Shown piece by piece: positions 7,954-11,668 of a stretch of 11,668 bases of DNA. The DNA is from Candidatus Hodarchaeota archaeon (GTDB taxonomy: Archaea; Asgardarchaeota; Heimdallarchaeia; Hodarchaeales; Hodarchaeaceae). Where the stretch lies: the NCBI GenBank assembly GCA_016839815.1, contig JAEOTM010000182.1, forward strand, positions 1 to 11,668, in the 5' to 3' direction. The translations under genes were made by a program, and so were the position numbers. The stretch's first letter is position 1; each line of letters opens with the position of its first letter. The notes under the pieces were generated by a model. It saw only the letters and a list, made by a program, of their open reading frames with translations, was not told the origin of the DNA and made no database searches.

Positions 7954-8583
7954 ATGACATTTTGTCCAAGTTGTGGAACAAAGAACATTGATAATGCAGC
8001 TTTTTGTATTTCATGCGGTCAAAAATTAGTATCAACAACTTCTGATCGAGCTGGTACTTTAAGTGGCCATATTACTGGATTTACATTGAATCCAGAAAGT
8101 GTAAGGATTGTCTGGATTACTGCTTTTATTGTTGGAGTGATAGAAGTTATTCTTGCGGTAATCATTTCATCTGGTTCTGATACTATATCTGATCCTGAGA
8201 CTGCAAATGCTTTCATGCCTTTTGGTTTTGCCTTGGGGTATATTTTATGTCTTGTTTATGGTTTTCTTGTATTAAAAAATGCAGAACCTAGCAATGTTTC
8301 TCCTTGGGCTGCACCCAAAAAAGTCGCTAAAATACTAATAGTTGTTGGACTTATTACAATGGTAATAACAACTTTCCTCAGTGTTTCCGAAATTGATACT
8401 GAAGCTATGAATCAAGCTATGCGTGATGGGGAGAATTTTGACTTTCCTCTATTGGCCGATTTAGGGGGCTCACTTGGTCTCAATCCAATATTTTCATGGT
8501 TGATTGGAGGATTTATCTTAATTTATGGAGTTGTAAAGTATCAACTAAGTAAATATCCGCCAAAAATACCTGAGAGATATTAA
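7954..8583 (+). CDS. zinc-ribbon domain membrane protein (about 4 TM helices)
   Basis: N-terminal CPSCG...FCISCG zinc ribbon followed by four hydrophobic segments. Confidence 0.85.
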   Translation: MTFCPSCGTKNIDNAAFCISCGQKLVSTTSDRAGTLSGHITGFTLNPESVRIVWITAFIVGVIEVILAVIISSGSDTISDPETANAFMPFGFALGYILCLVYGFLVLKNAEPSNVSPWAAPKKVAKILIVVGLITMVITTFLSVSEIDTEAMNQAMRDGENFDFPLLADLGGSLGLNPIFSWLIGGFILIYGVVKYQLSKYPPKIPERY

Positions 8584-8602
8584 TATTCGGCAATCGACTA
8601 GC

Positions 8603-8812
8603 TTAGCGTCGTGTTAATCGAATAAGGACAAATATACCTGGTACAACAACAAAGACTAAACTCGCAATTAGTATTGCTACAATCAAAGTAGAACCATCAG
8701 AATTAGTAGATGCGGCGGGTTCAGTTGTTCTCAGAATAAAATTTACGAAAAAGAATATTATACCCATTATTAAAAGAAAACTGGCAATGGCCACTCTATA
8801 TACTTTATTCAA
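8603..8812 (-). CDS. small hypothetical membrane protein (2-TM hairpin)
   Basis: 69 aa with two hydrophobic helices joined by an S/T-rich loop and basic termini. TTG start. Fills the gap between genes without overlap. Confidence 0.6.
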   Translation of the reverse strand: MNKVYRVAIASFLLIMGIIFFFVNFILRTTEPAASTNSDGSTLIVAILIASLVFVVVPGIFVLIRLTRR

Positions 8813-8861
8813 GTAATCACGTACCTTTTACTGAACGAATTGAGAATTTGTAAATAACTTA

Positions 8862-9311
8862 TTATTTCCCACTTTGATTAATAATTTGTTGATCAGTTTC
8901 AGAATGAATATGTGCATGGAAATTTGTAGAAGCACAACTTTCGCAATTAAGCATAGTTTCCTCCTTCTCTGGAAATCTCCAGGTATGTCCACAATCGTCA
9001 CAGTGGTAAAAATTCACGGGATTAGATATTCGAATGGCGTATCCTAATACCAGAGCTTCGGCAATTTTTCTGTGAGCTCTCTCTAAATGTCGTGAAACAC
9101 TTGATTGCGATATCTTCATCTGTTCAGCCACTTCTTCTTGTTTTAATCCCTCTAAATCTGTTAGACGCATAGATTCTAACTCTTCCAAGGTAATATCTAC
9201 CTGACCCAGGATATCCTTCATAGGAATTCCTCGTGGTTTAAAATAAAAATGTGCTGGGTCGCACTTGATATTTCTGGGACTTTTTGGGCGTGGTAAGGTA
9301 ATCAACTCCAC
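8862..9311 (-). CDS. DUF134 (UPF0251) HTH protein with C-terminal Zn ribbon
   Basis: PRPKSPR, YFKPRGIP, LEELESMRLTDLEGLKQEEVAEQMKISQSSVSRHLERAHRKIAEAL; C-terminal CDDCGHTW...CESC. Start is GTG 9311 or TTG 9305. Confidence 0.9.
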   Translation of the reverse strand: MELITLPRPKSPRNIKCDPAHFYFKPRGIPMKDILGQVDITLEELESMRLTDLEGLKQEEVAEQMKISQSSVSRHLERAHRKIAEALVLGYAIRISNPVNFYHCDDCGHTWRFPEKEETMLNCESCASTNFHAHIHSETDQQIINQSGK

Positions 9312-9419
9312 GACTGGACGAACTGGTAATTAAATCCTTTTTGACAATGTAGGTAATTTAAGGTTGATGAATCAAACAATCATAAATTCATCACAATGAC
9401 CGAGTATGACAACGGTTTT

Positions 9420-9959
9420 TTAGGATTTTCTAAACGAAAGGATTCCATTTTTTTCATGAAGAAAACTAAAGGAATGTTCTTCAAGGATCTTAATTAGCTT
9501 CTTCCTTGATGATTTTATTGAAACTCTACCTTTTTCTCGTAAAACACGACGTATTTCCTTTAAAACATTTTTCAATAATATTTCATCTCGTAAAAGTCTT
9601 GGTACCCCGAAAAAAAATGCTAGATCAATACTTTGTTCAGTAAGACCTGTATCAGTTGCACTAGCTTCAATAGGGATGATATTCGATAATGAATGCATTT
9701 CCATTTTCTCCTTTACTCTTTTAATTGCCAATGGATGAATATCTAGTGCATAGACTAATCCATCAGTACCTGTAATTTCGGAGCAAGGGAGTGTGAAAAA
9801 ACCTGGACCACATCCGACTTCGAGCACGCTTTGACCTGACTTAATACCCGCATTTTCTAAAGTCTGATAAGGATTCGAGAATTTTCTCCGAAGTGAATTA
9901 TCATGAATCAAGGACATCATCTTAAAGGCCCAATTCGGTCCATGAATATTCTGATTCAT
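9420..9959 (-). CDS. class I SAM-dependent methyltransferase (UbiE-like, Methyltransf_11/31 type)
   Basis: Motif I VLEVGCGPG, VYALDI, SIDL, EIRRVLREKG. Confidence 0.9.
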   Translation of the reverse strand: MNQNIHGPNWAFKMMSLIHDNSLRRKFSNPYQTLENAGIKSGQSVLEVGCGPGFFTLPCSEITGTDGLVYALDIHPLAIKRVKEKMEMHSLSNIIPIEASATDTGLTEQSIDLAFFFGVPRLLRDEILLKNVLKEIRRVLREKGRVSIKSSRKKLIKILEEHSFSFLHEKNGILSFRKS

Positions 9960-10012
9960 ATTTTGGACCTTCCATAGGAAGAAAAAAAGGACTTGAATTT
10001 ATCTAAGAGAGA

Positions 10013-10348
10013 TTATACTTCATCTTTCTTTGATAAACTCTTAAGTCTCTTTTCAATATTTTCAATTTCTTGCTTCAAGTGATTCATAGACTCCTCAAGA
10101 TATTGTTTTTCATCTTCAGGGCCAATTTGACTAAATTTAGGAGGATAAAATATTCGCGGATCAGGAAAACCTATCGATCTTCCTCGAAATCTACCTCTTC
10201 CCCATCCTCGTCCTCCTCCATATCCACGACCCCATCCCATTCCACCTCCTTTAGTGTATCCAGGTGAAGTATCACCCGAACAGAAACCCAGTCCCCTTCC
10301 TGTTCGAGGTCCTTGTTCCCAAGGCCCCGTCCTATCTCCTCTTGGCAT
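10013..10348 (-). CDS. DUF5320 family protein (Gly/Arg-rich N-terminus, C-terminal coiled coil)
   Basis: Typical start MPRGDRTGPxxxGPRTGRGLGFC, a GRG-rich tract and the coiled coil EKQYLEESMNHLKQEIENIEKRL. The real start is probably ATG 10348 (SD GGTGA at 10358-10354), not 10375. Confidence 0.88.
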   Translation of the reverse strand: MPRGDRTGPWEQGPRTGRGLGFCSGDTSPGYTKGGGMGWGRGYGGGRGWGRGRFRGRSIGFPDPRIFYPPKFSQIGPEDEKQYLEESMNHLKQEIENIEKRLKSLSKKDEV

Positions 10349-10357
10349 TTTTATCAC

Positions 10358-10377
10358 CAATGAGCTATTGAACAAAA
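10358..10377. promoter_or_regulatory. putative operator, copy 1
   Basis: CAATGAGCTATTGAACAAAA. 10361-10379 matches the reverse complement of 10538-10556 at 18/19 positions. Confidence 0.6.
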
Positions 10378-10379
10378 CT

Positions 10380-10387
10380 GTATATAA
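10380..10387 (-). promoter_or_regulatory. TATA box of the DUF5320 transcript
   Basis: Minus-strand TTATATAC about 32-39 nt upstream of ATG 10348, preceded by an A-rich BRE-like CACAAAAC. Confidence 0.6.
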
Positions 10388-10388
10388 G

Positions 10389-10408
10389 TTTTGTGCTATT
10401 GCACAAAA
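10389..10408. promoter_or_regulatory. putative operator, copy 2 (perfect 8-4-8 inverted repeat)
   Basis: TTTTGTGC-TATT-GCACAAAA. 15/17 identical to copy 1 and offset by 31 bp. Confidence 0.7.
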
Positions 10409-10539
10409 ACTAAAATTTCACCTTAGAATAATTCTAGTCTAAATTTTTATTTTGATTCTAATTTTGTTGCTTCTATTGAGCGATCAGGAGGGAAAACTTA
10501 ATTAAGTTCTAATTATTTGAAAACTAATAGATAAAAAAG

Positions 10540-10559
10540 TTTTGTTCAATCGCTCAGCT
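10540..10559. promoter_or_regulatory. putative operator, copy 3 (inverted), upstream of the plus-strand DUF134
   Basis: TTTTGTTC-AATC-GCTCAGCT, the inverted near-copy of copy 1. Confidence 0.6.
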
Positions 10560-10603
10560 ATATGCTTAATTAGGTTAAAAGGGCTTTCTGGAGAAAAAAG
10601 AAT

Positions 10604-10924
10604 ATGAGAGATATTTATTCCGGACGAGGTAGAGGTGGTGGTAGAGGTCGTAGGTTTAGAGGGGGAAGACCACGAATACAACCTCGTATTGATTCCGAAT
10701 GGAGTTCTACAACTGGTGAAACAATTCTTAAGATCACTACCGTTGAGTTAGAAGCTCTTCGTCTGGTAGATAAGGAGGGTTTAACTCAGGAACAAGCAGC
10801 TACTCAAATGAATATTTCACGAGGTTCTTTATGGAGAATTCTTCAGGAAGCAAGAGCCAAAGTAATCACAGCTCTCACTGCGGGTAAAACACACATCAAT
10901 TTAGAGATAATTGAAAGAAAATAG
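10604..10924 (+). CDS. DUF134 (UPF0251) HTH protein with RG-rich N-terminus
   Basis: GRPR, ELEALRLVDKEGLTQEQAATQMNISRGSLWRILQEARAKVITAL. SD GGAG. Confidence 0.9.
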   Translation: MRDIYSGRGRGGGRGRRFRGGRPRIQPRIDSEWSSTTGETILKITTVELEALRLVDKEGLTQEQAATQMNISRGSLWRILQEARAKVITALTAGKTHINLEIIERK

Positions 10925-10946
10925 AGAACGAAAACGACACGAAAAG

Positions 10947-11342
10947 TTACTCTATTCCCGACACTCTAATAGGTTTGATTCTATAAATAACTCTAGTTTC
11001 TTCACTGGTTCTATAAGGATATGTTTCCATTCCAAGATATTTTTTTGCTAAAGTATCAATATGGTCATCAGCACCTTCAGTAGTACGCTCTTCAACTTTA
11101 CCTCTAATAGCTACATAGCTATAAGGATTATCTGGATCTTGGATGGATAGAGCAACATCAGAACGTGTTCTCATATTCCGATCTTTTAGGCGATCAATTG
11201 CCGTATTAACTTGTATTAGCTCATCCTTTACATCAAACCATACAGGTGTGGATTGAGGTGTTCCATCTGCCATAATAGTTGCTAGATGAGCAAATCCCTT
11301 TTTACTTAGTATTTTTTCAAATTTTTTAATCATAAAAGTCAA
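10947..11342 (-). CDS. PPOX-class (pyridoxamine 5'-phosphate oxidase-like) probable F420-dependent oxidoreductase
   Basis: AHLATIMADGTPQSTPVW, KDRNM, VALSIQDPDNPYSYVAIRG, LAKKY. Start is TTG 11342 or ATG 11333. Confidence 0.88.
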   Translation of the reverse strand: MTFMIKKFEKILSKKGFAHLATIMADGTPQSTPVWFDVKDELIQVNTAIDRLKDRNMRTRSDVALSIQDPDNPYSYVAIRGKVEERTTEGADDHIDTLAKKYLGMETYPYRTSEETRVIYRIKPIRVSGIE

Positions 11343-11440
11343 TTCCGAGTAGTAGTTAAATCTATCTTTGTCCCTTCAGTTCTTAAGTTCTTCTTTGTGA
11401 ATACACGAATACTTCGTCTATTAATAGTGGTAAAAATCAT
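11339..11440 (-). pseudogene. 33-codon ORF resembling a nitroreductase N-terminus (remnant or leader peptide)
   Basis: My translation is MIFTTINRRSIRVFTKKNLRTEGTKIDLTTTRN*. RRSIRxF is the nitroreductase FMN-phosphate-binding motif. The stop overlaps the TTG of the PPOX gene. Confidence 0.4.
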
Positions 11441-11491
11441 ACTATTGGGCTGTGATTCTCAGATTTCTATTTTCCCCTGACAGCTCCTTGG

Positions 11492-11668
11492 TTAGTCTGC
11501 AATCTTCAGAGTCATTTCTATACCATTAGGTAAAAATGGAACGGTTACACTGAAAACCTTCGGGTGGTTACTGATAAAGTCCATAAGATCTTCACAAATC
11601 TCAGGATCGTCCTGATGAATATCTGGGCAGTCAAGAACATTATCTGAAAGGATAATTCCACCCACCTT
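11492..11668 (-). CDS. O-methyltransferase (COMT/CCoAOMT-like, Methyltransf_3), 3' part only
   Basis: Not in the ORF track. My translation is KVGGIILSDNVLDCPDIHQDDPEICEDLMDFISNHPKVFSVTVPFLPNGIEMTLKIAD*. GGxxxxDNVL and HP...VP...G...K are typical of the family C-terminus. Confidence 0.78.
   Translation of the reverse strand, partial: KVGGIILSDNVLDCPDIHQDDPEICEDLMDFISNHPKVFSVTVPFLPNGIEMTLKIAD

Noticed and set aside
8019-8216. 65-aa minus-strand ORF
   Set aside because: Antisense shadow of the zinc-ribbon membrane gene.
10070-10442. Two plus-strand ORFs (65 and 62 aa, Ser/Pro-rich)
   Set aside because: They mirror the Gly/Arg codons of DUF5320 on the opposite strand, and the second runs through the promoter.
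10361-10556. MITE interpretation of the 19-bp inverted repeats
   Set aside because: No target-site duplication is evident, a third internal copy exists, and the copies align with promoter elements, which fits operators better.

Overview
AT-rich archaeal chromosomal window. The lineage is probably Asgard (Heimdall/Hodarchaeia-like); this is an inference from GGTGA/GGAGG Shine-Dalgarno sites, oligo-T terminators, an HdrA-MvhD fusion and an xGF-CTERM-type surface protein. The left half has a tightly coupled operon korD-korA-korB-[hdrA-mvhD fusion], in which a flavin-bifurcation-type HdrA-MvhD gene sits where the gamma subunit (korC) normally is. It is followed by a C-terminally anchored secreted protein, a single-chain aconitase and a zinc-ribbon membrane protein. 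The right half has a divergent module: DUF5320, a class I SAM methyltransferase, DUF134 with a Zn ribbon and a 2-TM small protein on the minus strand, and a second DUF134 on the plus strand. Their shared intergenic region carries three copies of a 17-20 bp pseudo-palindromic motif, two of them bracketing a TATA box. The window ends with a PPOX-class (F420-type) oxidoreductase, an uncalled 33-codon nitroreductase-like ORF and the 3' end of an O-methyltransferase. No rRNA, tRNA, CRISPR array or mobile element was seen.
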